The translations under genes were made by a program, and so were the position numbers. DNA of 64,000 bases from the human T2T-CHM13v2.0 reference genome, Homo sapiens: the NCBI RefSeq assembly GCF_009914755.1, contig NC_060925.1, one strand, 5' to 3'. The notes under the pieces were generated by a model. That model saw nothing but the letters and a program-made list of their open reading frames with translations, ran no database searches and had not been told where the DNA came from. This document shows, piece after piece, positions 1 to 12,958 of this stretch (its first letter is position 1; each line of letters starts with the position of its first letter).

Positions 1-223
1 ATGCAAGTGCGTGCACTTGAAGCCAGAGAAAAGGAAGAAATCAATTCAGGAAAGAAGGGAAGGGGGAAAATGAAAGAAATTTACCTGGAAATCTGAGCAT
101 AGATCAAGTGGCACTGTCAAGAATATACCCCTTACACGCACTGTAGGTAAAAGGAGAACTAAGAACAAATTAAGAACAAAAATGATTAACTGCAATATTA
201 ATTTAGGCAAATAAACATGTTAA

Positions 224-590
<367 letters not shown>

Positions 591-652
591 CAAAGATCCC
601 TTTTTAAACATGCATTTTGGAGTCTGTATGGTGACCTTTTATTTTTCCCTAG

Positions 653-895
653 GCACTGAAAATGAAGATGCTGGAAGTGACTATCAAAGTGATAATCAAG
701 CAAGTTGGATTCATCGTATGATAATGGCCTTGGTGAGTGATTCAGCTTTATTCAATACCAGAGAAGGACGTGCTGGGAAGGTACACAACTTCATGCTGGG
801 CTTGAATCTCAATACATCTTATCCACTGTCTCCTTTGAGTGACTTTGCCACACAGGACTCCTTTGATGATGATGAACTGGATGCAGCTGTAGCAG
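653..895 (+). CDS. PLA2G4A: PLA2G4A coding exon (exon 14, 243 nt, phase 1-1), aa ~446-526
   Basis: Acceptor tttttccctag ends at 652; donor gtaagt at 896. Translates (G)TENEDAGSDYQSDNQASWIHRMIMALVSDSALFNTREGRAGKVHNFMLGLNLNTSYPLSPLSDFATQDSFDDDELDAAVA, recognised as cPLA2-alpha. Includes Arg485, Lys488, MAPK site Ser505 (PLSP, TCT 829-831), Ser515 and caspase site DELD522. Confidence 0.98.
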
Positions 896-1047
896 GTAAG
901 TGTACAAATATAATTAGTGGGAGCTAATGCAGGAGATCTTTATTCCTTCTCTGGAGAGAAGCATTTTAATCATTATTAACACTTACTCATTTATTATCAG
1001 TTATTACAACCTGCATTTAATGTGTGAAGGGCTTCAAATGACTAGGG

Positions 1048-1364
1048 TTTTTTTGTTGTTGTTGTTTGTTTGTTTGTATTTTTGAGACAGGGTCTCACCC
1101 AGTCACCCAGGCTGCAGTGCAGTGGCACAATCATGGCTCACCGCATCCTTAATTCCTGGGCTGCAGCAATCCTCCTGCCTCAGCTTCCTGAGTAGCTGGG
1201 ACTACAGGTGCACACCACCATACCCAGCTAATTTTTGTAGTTTTTGTAGAGACAGGTTTTTGCCGTGTTGCCCAAGCTGGTCTCAGACTCCTGGGCTCAA
1301 GTGATCCTCCTACCTTAGCCTCCCAAAGTGCTGGGACTGCAGGTGTGAGTCACCGTACCTGGCC
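1048..1364 (-). mobile_element. Alu (AluJ-like)
   Basis: (TTG/TTTG)n degenerate tail, gagacagggtctcac, and ctcctgggctcaagtgatcctcc typical of AluJ. Confidence 0.92.
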
Positions 1365-1456
1365 TGGATTTTTTTTTAAAGAAAAATTTACATTGGAGAG
1401 GAAATGGCCTAGACATGTCAGTATAGAAAATTTTCATTAATAATATTGAGGAGGAC

Positions 1457-1726
1457 GGCCGGGGAGCAGTGGCTCACTCCTGTAATCCTAGCACTTTGGG
1501 AGGCCGAGACTGGTGGATTACCCAAGCTCAGGAGTTCGAGACCAGCCTGGACAACATGGTGAAACCCTGTCTCTACTAAGTAATCCCAGCTACTCAGGAG
1601 GCTGAAGCACAATAATCGCTTGAACCTGGGAGGCAGACATTGCAGTGAGCCAATATTGCACCACTGCTACTCCAGCCTGGGCAACAAAGTGAAGCTCTGT
1701 CTCAAAAAAATAAAAAATAAAAAAAA
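1457..1726 (+). mobile_element. Alu (AluS-like) with internal deletion
   Basis: ggccgggg start, A-tail, TSD AATATTGAGG on both sides. The middle A-rich linker and start of the right arm are missing (ctctactaag joins taatcccagc). Confidence 0.92.
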
Positions 1727-1810
1727 TATTGAGGGAGATGTTAGATCTTCTCTGTACTGGTCACAGTTCAGTTGCAGAAATTTGGAAACTATTTCCTATT
1801 TTCTGAAAGG

Positions 1811-1910
1811 GATTTAAAGAAGGGAATTAGGTGCTTATAAAATCGTTCCAAACTTTTAGGAATTTAAATAAGGGAATTAGGTGCTTATAAAATCGTTCCA
1901 AACCTTCAGG
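1811..1910. repeat. 50-bp tandem duplication (2 copies)
   Basis: aagggaattaggtgcttataaaatcgttccaaac at 1820 and again at 1870. Confidence 0.95.
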
Positions 1911-3402
1911 GAGCAAGCTTTAGGCTGAGCTTTCAGGAATGGTTCAAAAACCACTTCAGAATCATCCCCACAAATGTGTTGGCAACTGTGCTTGGCAGCA
2001 GAAATAGTGGAAATGTAGCTTCTGTCTCATTTTCTGTTTCAGATTTTATGTGACTGACTGTTTCTCTTTGGCAGAGGCCAGGTCTCAGGAGAACTGGAGC
2101 TGCAAGGGAATCTGGCAAACACATTCTTAGCCTGACTCCCTAGTGCAACATAGGGCTTGAGTAAGCCAGCCTGTAGTGTTCACTAGGCTATCGGAACTAT
2201 CTCTCCAGTTCTCAGAAAGGTTAGGTAACTTTCTTAAAACTGCCCAGCAAGAACCTTGTCACTTTCAGGTTTGTCACTTAGCCAGATCCTCAAGAATAAT
2301 TCCCTTTGGTTTTCAGTTCCATGCCTGTTATAAAGTTAAATTTGCTTTGGTGACCAATCAATATACAATAATTTTTTGGTGATAATTCTGTCATTTTAAA
2401 TTTTTATATTTCACCACACCATCATCTTTTCCTTAATGTCCAAATGTCATTCCTCAATCATCTATGTCTAAGGACATTTTGATTAGATGCAGTAAAAACT
2501 TAAATGGGATATTTCCAAAAAATTTTTCTACTGCCTTTTGTTTAAGCATCATACCTAGAACATACTTGTGAAATTTAGGATATAGCTTTGGATTTTGTTG
2601 TTGTTTTGGTATTGTTGTTTCTATTTGTTGCTTGACCCCTTAAAAGGTATTACAGAGGCAAAAATGACCCCTGTTGTTTAAACAAGATTAGTGCAAACTC
2701 ATTATATTTTGTGTTATGTTTATGGCATCAAACTCTAGGATATGAGGTATGTCTGATTATATACCGGTAATCCCAACAGGATTCACTACGTTATATAGCA
2801 TATTAACTAATATATTAACTATAATGAAATTCTAATTGTTATAAAGTCAATATCTCTTTTTAAATTCATCCAAAATAAAAATACACTTAACCATACATTC
2901 AGTGACATTATTTTTCTTGTTTAGTCACATAACTATGCTTATTGCCATCGCAATACCAATTAAATATGTCTCTTCTAGAAACGTATGCTTTATAGATTAA
3001 TGATGATGAGCTTAAAAAAACTACAAATTCATAGAGCATGTCGATATATAGAGAATCTTCAGTTATTTTACTCTATAGAAAGCGAAGATCAAAGAAGATA
3101 ATTCTGTCATCTTTGCCTAAAATTTCTCAACAGAGCTGAGATTGGGACACAGGTTTCTTGACATTGCTTCCAAGCTTTTCCCTTGGCCACATACCATTCC
3201 CCTTAGCCCTTGGTTTTCTTAGTCATCCACTTGCTTATGTAAAAATGGAAGTTTTCTTTGTGTATACTTTATTCTATTTGTTTTACATTATTACTTGGAT
3301 TGCACCAGCTCCTTATGTAGTTTTCACAGCACGAGGTCTACACTCCACATTTTAACAACTTCCTGGAAGTTTTGCAATATTTTATGTAGATTTGGTGGTG
3401 TT

Positions 3403-3582
3403 GGGGTTACCAGATAAAATACAGAATACCCAGTTAGATTTGAATTTTAAATATGTATATGGATAATTTATATATAATTCTTGCAGCATTTAGGATGTAC
3501 ACTAAATAATTATTTGTTGATTATCTGAAATTCAAATTAAACCGGGCATCCTGTATTTTTTTAGCTAAATTTGGCAACTTTA
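3403..3582. mobile_element. MER53-like palindromic DNA transposon (MITE)
   Basis: gggttaccagataaaatacagaatacccagttagatttgaattt ... aaattcaaattaaccgggcatcctgtatttt ... tggcaact: inverted arms matching the MER53 consensus as recalled. Confidence 0.8.
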
Positions 3583-3714
3583 GGATGTATGCCTCTTCCT
3601 TTTAAACTATTTTAGAAAGTTTCAGTGAGAGAGGAGGAATTTTCATCTTCTTTCTGTCTTTTGTTCATTCTTTCATTCACTTAGGTTTACTGAGTACTTA
3701 TAATGTGCTTGGTT

Positions 3715-3768
3715 CTGCACTCCAGCCTGGGCAACAGAGCCAGACTCCATCTCAAAAAAAAATAAAAG
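3715..3768 (+). mobile_element. Alu 3'-end fragment (~50 bp)
   Basis: tgcactccagcctgggcaacagagccagactccatctcaaaaaaaaa, with no upstream Alu body. Confidence 0.85.
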
Positions 3769-5596
3769 AATATGAGTTGATTGCGGGTGTTCGCATTTGG
3801 AGAATAATAGTTGTACACCACCTTGTCGACTCCTTTCTTCATTTAGTGCCCTTTGAAAGAAGAGTTATAGGCAGTTTTCATAAAATAACATAAGGAAATA
3901 TAAACTATCAATCATCCCCAAATATGGCATTATATAAACCAATTTTTTTGAGATACCTGAAAATGTTCTAAGCTAAAATTATTTTAAATTAATGACGTTT
4001 GGAAAGAACTTTACATTTTATTTCATTGTGTGTATTTCATTTAAATTACACTTTATTCATTTTTATGTATTCAGTTGAAAAATGTATATGGGGTATTGAT
4101 TTCATTAAAAAATTTAGTTCAGTCAGTTCACAGATTCATTCAACTTTATGCTTTACAGGCCAACATTGCTAAAAATAATTTCATTTTAGACTGAATTTAC
4201 TGAATGAACTAGTGCTTTTTCAGAAAGAGTCCTTACAAGGATAGATCTGATTTACCTCCCTCTGGTTGTTTCCAATTTTTAGAATAATCATATGTTTGGA
4301 ATGAAAAGTTAAAACATTTATCACAAATTGTGATAATTTTGGTTCATAAGGTCCTCCTTAAAATTCCTATTTTAAAGAATACCAACTAAAACTTTTAGCC
4401 ACAACTTATTTAAAACATTAATTAAGCACATTTCTTTTTAAATTTTGCAACCCCCATGCCAAAAAAAAGATTTTTATCTAATCTAGATATTAGGTTGGAA
4501 AAATGTTACATTTGTTTAACCTACGATGATTTTGTTTATATAAATTAAAATGTGGGTGTTTTAGAATTAAAGCAATCTCTCAACCTAAAATCAGTAAAAG
4601 TGCGCTATTTTTGTGCCTACTACTTAATCTTGTAGACTGTATTTTGTAAACAGAAGAAATTATAATAGGATAAAATTCCACTCATGTGTTTACTGCAAAA
4701 TAGTTGTGTACCTGTAGAAACAAATTTTGGAGAGCTTTTTATTAGTCATATGACTTCTTTCCTGTTTACTTTTGTGTTTATCCTACTTACTGTGACACAC
4801 CATCTGGAAATAAGAAATAAAGACATGAGTTAATTTAGGCTAGAGTTCAAAACACAGACATCCAAATATTTGTACATTGAATCTGTGTGATGTATTTATA
4901 AAATGGTCATTACAAATATCCAAAGCTGACCTGCTTTAAGGAAATGTTACATAATTCTAAAACAGAGTTATGTTTCCACAACCGCATTAATTCATTCACA
5001 CGTTTAGAAACCTTGTACGTTTTAAATTATAGGAGGATATTCTTCCATAACGGCATTTATCCAATACTCTATGACATTTAATAGATGTTATACAGTAAAT
5101 TGGGTTTAAGTTCAAATAAATTTCGGAACATTTACAACTCAATCTCCTTCTTCAAATACAATGAGATACCCTACTGAGTTTAAGTCCTACTTAAAGCTGC
5201 TTGAGGATAGTACTTTAAAAGGAGACTAGCTTATATTTGAATCTCAGTTGGACCCTTTACTAGCAGGCAATCTTAGGCAGTCAGGTAGCATAAGCCTCAA
5301 TTTACTTATAAAATAAAAATAACAATGGTACCCATGTTATAGAATTATTTGGAGGATTGGTTAGCATTTTCATATAAAGTGCTGTTAGTGGAAGCCATAG
5401 GAAGGAGAATAGGGAATGCGCAATGTAATTGGCTAGTACTTTAAGTTGTTGAATTTTGTCTTTCTCAAGACATGACCTTATTTAATCATGGCACTCTTAT
5501 TTTGTATATGAGACATCAGTTTATATCTTGCATAACTATGCTTTTTGCAACACAGTTAGGAAACACTACTTACTGGTTTGGCTTGGTTTTTTTGTT

Positions 5597-6074
5597 TTTT
5601 GCAACATGGGTGAACTTAGTGGATATTATACTAAGTGAAATGAGACAGACACTACATGATCTCACTGTTATGTGCAATCTAAAAAAGTTGAACTCAGAAG
5701 TAGAAAATAGGGTGAGGATTACCAGAAGCTGGGGGGGATTTGGGGAGGAGGCAGTAGATGGAGAAAGAGGCGACCTTGCTCAAAGGGTAGAAAGTTTCAG
5801 TGAGAGAGGAGGAATAAGTGCTGGGTATCTATTGCACAGCATGGTGCCTGCAGTTAATAATAATGTACATTTCAAAATAGCTAAAAGAGAGGATTTAGAT
5901 GTTCTTACCACAAAGAAGTGATAAATATTTGATGTTATGAATATGTTAATTAGCTTGATTTGATTGTTCCACAATGTATGCATGTAATGAAACATCACAT
6001 TTTACCCCATAAATATACGCAATTATTATTTGTCTACAAAATAAAAATTGTTTTAAAAATAAAATAATAAAAGG
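5597..6074 (+). mobile_element. L1MA-type LINE-1 3' end, 5'-truncated
   Basis: L1M 3' UTR motifs (atttcaaaatagctaaaagagaggatt; aacatcacattttaccccataaatatacgc), A-rich tail, TSD-like AACACTACTTAC at 5562-5573 and 6075-6086. Confidence 0.85.
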
Positions 6075-6382
6075 AACACTACTTACCATCAATTTATCTT
6101 GAAGGTGGAAACAATGGTGTTTAGCTACAGACTAAAGCTGGGAATTGGTCCACATGATTTTCCCCTCAAATGCCCTCACTCTTGGATTTAAGAAAGGATA
6201 AAAGGATACTACCAGTTTACTGATGATAAGGGGCAAACCAAACAGAATATGAGAGAAATCATGTTTTTGGTTACACTTTCAGCTAAATTTTTTTTTAAAA
6301 ACTGAGTTTATGAAGCCAAAAAATTTTATGAATTATAATTATACTTTCATTAGATTAGGGAAAATCACTGCATGTAAAATTA

Positions 6383-6924
6383 GAGTAATCTTCCTCCCTT
6401 ATTCAAGGTTTCAGTTTCCTCAGTTTTAGTTACCCACAGTCACCTGCTGTCAACCACAGTTTGAAAAAAATAAAAATTCCAGAAATAAATAATTCAGAGT
6501 TTTAAATTGCATGCCATTCTGAGTAGCATGATGAACTCTCATGCCTTTCCTCCTGAGATGCAAATCATCTCTCTGTCCAGGCTGCATATGCTACCTGCCC
6601 GTTAGTGACTCAGTGGCCATCTCAGTTAACCAGATTGACTGTCACAGTATCACAATGTCTGTATTCAAGTAACCTTTTTTTTTTCTACTTAATAATGGCC
6701 CCAAAGTGTAAGAGTAGTGATGCTGACATAGTGTTATAATTGTTCTCTTTTATCTTTACTGTTGTTAATCTCTTACTGTGCCTAATTTATAGATTAACCT
6801 GTATCATGGGTATGCATGTGTAAGAAAAAACATAGTATATGTAGAGATTTGTACTATGCACAGTTTCGCACATCCACTGGGGGGTCTTGTGGCATATCCC
6901 CCCAAGTAAGTAGGGACTACCATA
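6383..6924. mobile_element. MER44/Tigger7-family DNA transposon
   Basis: Ends resemble the cagtagtccccccttatcc / ggataagggggactactg TIRs; internal aaattgcatgccattctgagtagcatgatgaa and gttaatctcttactgtgcctaatttata are typical of MER44. Confidence 0.8.
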
Positions 6925-7039
6925 CTCCCATTATTGTGTTTTTAAATGTTAGGTTGAATTGCGATAAAATACACATATTAATGTGGTTTTAATAACTGAT
7001 AGGATTATGTGCTGATAAACTCTATACTTTGTAGTTATT

Positions 7040-7044
7040 TTATT

Positions 7045-7091
<47 letters not shown>

Positions 7092-7377
7092 TTTTTGAGA
7101 CGGAGTCTTGCTCTGTCGCCCAGGCTGCAGTGCAGCGGCGCGATCTCGGCTCTCTGCAAGCTCCGTCTCCTGAGTTCACGCCATTCTCCTGCCTCAGCCT
7201 CAGAGTAGCTGGGACTACAGGCGCCCGCCACCGCGCCCGGCTAAATTTTTGTATTTTTAGTAGAGACGGGGTTTCACCGTGTTAGTCAGGATGGTCTCGA
7301 TCTCCTCACCTCGTGATCCACCCGCCTCGGCCTCCCAAAGTGCTGGGATTAACAGGCGTGAGCCACTGCGCCCGGTC
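7040..7377 (-). mobile_element. AluY with (TTTA)n tail
   Basis: CpG-rich, with ctgcaagctcc and gttcacgccattctcc diagnostics; 14-bp TSD ACTTTGTAGTTATT at 7026-7039 and 7378-7391. Confidence 0.96.
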
Positions 7378-7454
7378 ACTTTGTAGTTATTATTTTTTAT
7401 ACTATTCATTTCAAGCCCTCTTAGTTAGTCATGCCACTTTCTAAAGTAATAGTG

Positions 7455-7710
7455 TCACACCGTGCTTAGGGCTTAGACCTTGTGAACCTGGCTTGGAATC
7501 TTGACTCTCACTATCTGTTTGAAAATAGACAATTTATTTTACCTCTGTGAGCCTCAGTTTCCTTATCTTTAAAATGGCTACCTCCTTTGTAAGATTGTTT
7601 CCTTATCTTTAAAATGGCTGTCTCCTTTGTAAGAGTGGTATAAGAATAATAAATCTTATATATGAAATTTCTGATACATAATAGACTCAGTATAAATGAA
7701 GTCATCATTA
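7455..7710 (+). mobile_element. MIR containing an internal 40-bp tandem duplication (7557-7634)
   Basis: MIR core ctctgtgagcctcagtttccttatctttaaaatgg; gtttccttatctttaaaatggct..ctcctttgtaaga repeated with period 40. Confidence 0.75.
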
Positions 7711-8959
7711 GGATAAATGTAAGTAACCAACTAATGAATTATAACTTTTTAGTAAAATATTTAAAAATAAATTTAAGCCAAAGAATATTTTTACCTGTAA
7801 GATGTTCACATATGTAATTGTTAAACTAAAAATTTCAGAGGAATAAATATTAAAATTGGGCTCGACAGTTTATATAGTTCAGTCTTACATCGTTACATTC
7901 CAGGTTCTGTGATAGGTAGTCTAGTATTTTGGCTGATGGCAAAGTGCATTCTCACTACTGTTTGTAAATACTTATTAAGAAAACAGAATTGATCTACAGA
8001 TAATTATTTAAAGAACTATTTCTCGTCTCTCTCCTTATTGCCCTATAAGTTAGCCTTGGACACAGCCAGCCTTTATTATTTAGCCATATTACCTTATCGT
8101 TGTCTTTAAAAATAGCTTTATTTTTAGCACATTTGGTTTTATTCAAGACCGTTATTCACAAATTTCCTCTTTGCTTCACCTATTCTGGGCCGTATGAATT
8201 GCCTCAGCCATAAAATTTATTCTTCTTTATTTATAAGCATCACTAGTAAGCGTTTGTAACATTTATTTGTTATTCAGTATTTTAGAAATGGGAATTTTTA
8301 ATAGATGTAAGGAAACAGATGACTTTGTTAACTGTAGAACGTTGGATATTAATGTTTCTTTAAAGTATTAATAACTATGCCAAAGTCTTATTCTTTCACT
8401 TTACACTGAATAAAATATTATGACTGTCTCATTGGTGTTTTTACTTCAACCTTTATTTATAAAGAGGATTATGGATTTAATTGGACAAGAAGAATTTAAA
8501 GATTTGCTTTCCTTTTTGATTTCATGCTCTTAAAATCTAATAAGTAAAACTGACTATAGGAGAATTATAGTATTATTCTTACTTAGAAATCTATGAAGGG
8601 AAACTAACATATACTAGGTTCCTACTGTGTGCTGAGCATGTATGTATGTACATAGGTATTAAGTCAGAGATCCTTATTCATATCTGGTGTGACCATCTTC
8701 ACTTTATTCTACTATCATAGGCCTCCCTCTTGGGCTTTGCCAGCCTTCTTCTAACAGCAGGAGGAAACAAGAGTGTGGACAAGGGAACAGAGCACAACAG
8801 CTGTATGGCATTTTATCCAGTTCAATTCAAACCAGTTCAATTCTGGTCATGTTTTATTTTCCTGGCAAGTGAATTAGGAGCACCACACATAAATGTGAAG
8901 AGTAATGTGTTATCAGTATTATTTTTTCATAAAATTGATGATCTCTAGGTCCTCTTTTT

Positions 8960-9860
8960 CTTCAGACCCCTTGCCATCTCATCTGTTCTCCTCCCATACT
9001 GTCCTCAGACTGCAGGCTCCTTGCTGTCCTCAAACACACCCAGCCTGATTCTGCCTTGGGACCCTTGCTCTAGCTCCTCCCTCTCCCTGGTAACTTCTGG
9101 ATCCCACCCTCCCAATCTTTAGGTGGCCTGTTCCGTATCATTATTCTTATTTCAGTGTAAGGTTTTCTTCTCAGAGGCATCTCCCCTGACCATCCACCTG
9201 AAGTTACTTACTCCTTATTATAGTGTCCTTGATCATTTTCTTCATTGCATTTATCACGTTATGAAGTGCCCTCTTGATACATTTATTTACTTATTGGAGG
9301 TGTACTCGCAATATGAGCTCTATCAGAGCAGAGCATGTATCTATCTTGTTCAGCATCTGGAATCATATCTGAATGGTAGTAGCCAACATATATTTGCTGG
9401 GTGTGTTGGCTGGATGATTTCCTTGAACTCCCACCTTGTGGTGGAATGCACACTCACCCTCAAGAGAGGCAGCCTGGGAACCATACAGAGTCTGCCACCT
9501 CCCAGTTGTGCCACCTTCGAGATGACTCTTCATTGGCTTCACCCTCCATTTACAGATGTCCTCTGCCTCACCTGTCTGTTATAAGAATTAAACAAGATTA
9601 TGCATGAGGAAATGTTTAGAAACATGTAAAGACCTACGTAATGTAAGATAATACTATTGAAGTGATCATAGCTTAGAGTTAATACCAGGACCTGAGCTAA
9701 GTGCTTTCCATGCGTTGTCCCTATAAATCCTCACAGCAACCTTATTTGATAATTACTTTTATCCTGATGTTACAGATGAAGAAACTAAGACTTAAAGGTA
9801 ATAATTACAATTGCTAAAGTTGGTTTCATGCCCAGCTCTATTTGTCTCCAAAGCCTGAGG
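8960..9860. mobile_element. Cluster of degraded L2 and MIR fragments
   Basis: L2-like ctccttgctgtcctcaaacacacc and ttctcagaggcatctcccctgacc; MIR-like ttacagatgaagaaactaagac. Boundaries approximate. Confidence 0.55.
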
Positions 9861-9966
9861 GCCTAATCATATGAAATTCTTTCAAATTTGAAACCAACAT
9901 TTTTAGATGATAAATACTGATGAATGATCATTTAATTCATTCTTGTTTTTCTTTTATGTTTTTAAG

Positions 9967-10151
9967 ATCCTGATGAATTTGAGCGAATATATGAGCCTCT
10001 GGATGTCAAAAGTAAAAAGATTCATGTAGTGGACAGTGGGCTCACATTTAACCTGCCGTATCCCTTGATACTGAGACCTCAGAGAGGGGTTGATCTCATA
10101 ATCTCCTTTGACTTTTCTGCAAGGCCAAGTGACTCTAGTCCTCCGTTCAAG
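9967..10151 (+). CDS. PLA2G4A: PLA2G4A coding exon (exon 15, 185 nt), aa 527-588, with catalytic Asp549
   Basis: Pyrimidine tract and aag acceptor ending 9966; donor gtaagg at 10152. Translates DPDEFERIYEPLDVKSKKIHVVDSGLTFNLPYPLILRPQRGVDLIISFDFSARPSDSSPPFK. DSG Asp codon GAC at 10032-10034; basic cluster K541/K543/K544. In frame with the previous exon. Confidence 0.98.
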
Positions 10152-12953
10152 GTAAGGATACATAATACAGCATTCCATTCTCTACCACATTCTCTTGCTT
10201 GCCTTATAGATCTCTTAGTCCCTTTGACTCCAGTTTCTTATTCCTTTAATGTATTTTCTACATCTTTATGAGTAATAGTTCTAAAACGCAAACATGATTC
10301 AATCAGTCTCCTGCTTAAAGACACTTTTAAATAATTCTAATGAGCTCAATAAAGGTCAGAGCCCTGAGCAGGACAAGAATAATACAGTGGGTCTGAAGTT
10401 TAGAAAGGAAATGAGGCTGAGATTTGGGAGTTAGCAAGTAAATGATCATTAAAACCATGAATGGAGAGGGTACACCCTGAGAAGAGAAGTAGACATAAAT
10501 AGTACTTTAAAGAATGCTAACAAGGGGAAAGGAGGAGAACAAAGGAAGTGTGTAGTATTATGAAAACTGAAGATATATTAACAAGGGGGTTTTTTGGTGA
10601 ACTGGACAAGGCCAGTTTCAATAGGGCTGTGAGGGCAGAAATCAGACCAGAGTGGTTTGAGGGATGAGTGGAAGTTAAAAAAAAAAAAAAAAAAAAAGAC
10701 ATCATTTCTGTAGATTGTTCAGGGAAGGAGATGGACTGTATCTGTAAGAGGATGTGGGGAAGAGGAAAACTGTGTGTGTGGGTGGTTGGGGGTGGGTTAA
10801 TAGAAGAGACAAGCATGTTTACATACTGATGGCTAGGAGTCGTTAATGAAGAAGGTATTACTGAAGAGAGGAGAGATGAGATATAGGATGAAGTCACATC
10901 TCTGGGAAGGATGTAGGGATGGGAAGTGGGAAAGGAATCAAGGACACAAGTGGGGAACAGTATTGAAATGTCTACGCTGGGGGAAAATGGCAGCAGATGA
11001 AGATTTATCATTAGGTATGGAAAAAGGAAGTTAAGGAAGTATTCATGTGATGACTTCGAAGTTTTATAGGAATTAGGAGTCAAGGTTAACTTGTGAGGAT
11101 AAAAATATGGAGGTAGTGGAGTCAGGCATGTGGGGTAAATAAAAGTCCGCCTGTGTTGAAGAAAAGAGAAAAGCTTCTGAATGTGGCAATATGGAAAGAT
11201 TGCTGGGCTGCACTTTGGCCTCACCCTCAAATAAACACGCTTTGTTCCCTCTGCCTGGAATACTCAAAACATTCTTTAGACACAGCTCAAGTGTTATCTT
11301 TCTTGACTTCCACATATATGGTTAAAGTGCATAGGACTCAGTCAATTCGTCTAATACAGCAATTATCATAGTATATTGTATGTTTTTGCTTACATATATA
11401 TTGCTTTCACTGTCTGTGAGCTCCTTGTGACTAGAACTCTGTTCTCTGTCTGTGTTTATTTTGTTTTAATCATTTGGTCCTAATTGTCATTTAGGTACTG
11501 GCCAAAATATGAGTATGTAGGATTTTTTTGTAGGTGAATAAATGAAATGCTATGAGAGAGATGGAGTTATTATTTTGATTTTATAGATTAAGAAGTGGCA
11601 ATTCATAATAATTAAATGGAACAGTTCATGATCTCCTAACCAGGTGGAATCAGTGATAGCCCAGGTCAGGTCCTCTGACAGCATATCTGTTTTTTTCTCT
11701 ATCATATGATGATTAAACTGCTCTCAAGACCAATAATGGTTATTATAATAACTCTTAAATATATAGAAAACCTTACATGTTCAAAGTGCTTTCATACTTT
11801 ATCTATTTTTGGGGTAGTAAAGGTATTCAGACAAAGAAACAAGTATCAATGAGATAAAATCTTATCAACAAATTAAATAATATGTGGAATGAGCACAGCC
11901 CACGACCTGGCTAGGGAAGTGCTAGTTAAGAAATGGTGAGATGGGACCAGACTCCAAAGCTACAGAATGAGAATTTCTTACCCTTTACCAGCTGCCTTCT
12001 TTGTGCACACTGTTCGTGAACTCTTTTCTGTGTAGTGTGCTGTGTGCAGCAGTTAGTGGGAAAATACAGTTCCTGATCTCCCATAACATTTTGGTTTTTT
12101 GGGGCAAAGACTTTTATTCACAAGAGCCACTTGGAGGGGAATTGAGAAACTTACTATTAAATAGTCATTGACATAAGTTTACATAAGTATGTGTATTATA
12201 GGGGATAAATATAAGAATAGATTGGTGCATACTGGAGTTAATGAACAGGGTAATAAATGAAATAGGGTGAGAACAGCACAGAGATGGCAATGAGCACATC
12301 TAAGGGGCAGGAGTGATCTGATTAGAAGTGACAGATATTCAGCTCCCTTAGAAAGGCTTAAGGAGAGAGTTTAAGACAGGACAATAGGAAATGGAGAATC
12401 AGTGGAGGATTTCAGCAGACAAATGACTTCATGAAATTGGAATTTTAGGATGATTAATCTGACAATGGAAAGTAGGATGAGTTGGAGAATGGAAGGCAAG
12501 GAATTAACATTAAGAGACATGTATTGTAATCCAACCATAGGATAATGAAGTACTACTGCACCAGAGTGGGTGACTATGAATTTGATGACCTATGAGAAAC
12601 AATGGGGAGGTGGGTTTCAATGGATGACTCTAAGATGATAGCTTAGAAGCTGGTCTAGTGGTGGAAGACACTGTATTATTCATTTCACCAATGGGGGTAT
12701 AAAATGTCAAAGCCATCATTTTACATGTGAATCAGGGCTCCACCACCTTAATGAGTTGGAGGAGGTTTTGGAATATCACTTTGTACCTTTAAAAAGAATC
12801 ATTATACTTGGCAGTAGTTTTTAAATGTTGACTCATTATTTGTGATTAAGAATAGATACTTGTAAAATGTATGAACATTTGGTTTATAAATGCAGTACTT
12901 CCAGACAACAGCTGTTAATATTTTGGTATTTTCTTCTAGTCTCTTTTCGCGGT

Positions 12954-12958
<5 letters not shown>

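Noticed and set aside
4488-4590. tattaggttgg ... caacctaa resembling mariner/MADE1 termini, plus a small hairpin at 4491-4523
   Set aside because: The match is only 7-11 bp in AT-rich DNA and the interior does not fit the element.
10517-11230. Longest ORF in the window (237 aa, minus strand)
   Set aside because: Antisense reading of purine-rich, L2-like decayed sequence including a poly-A run. Ser/Pro/Leu/Phe-biased, with no recognisable domain.
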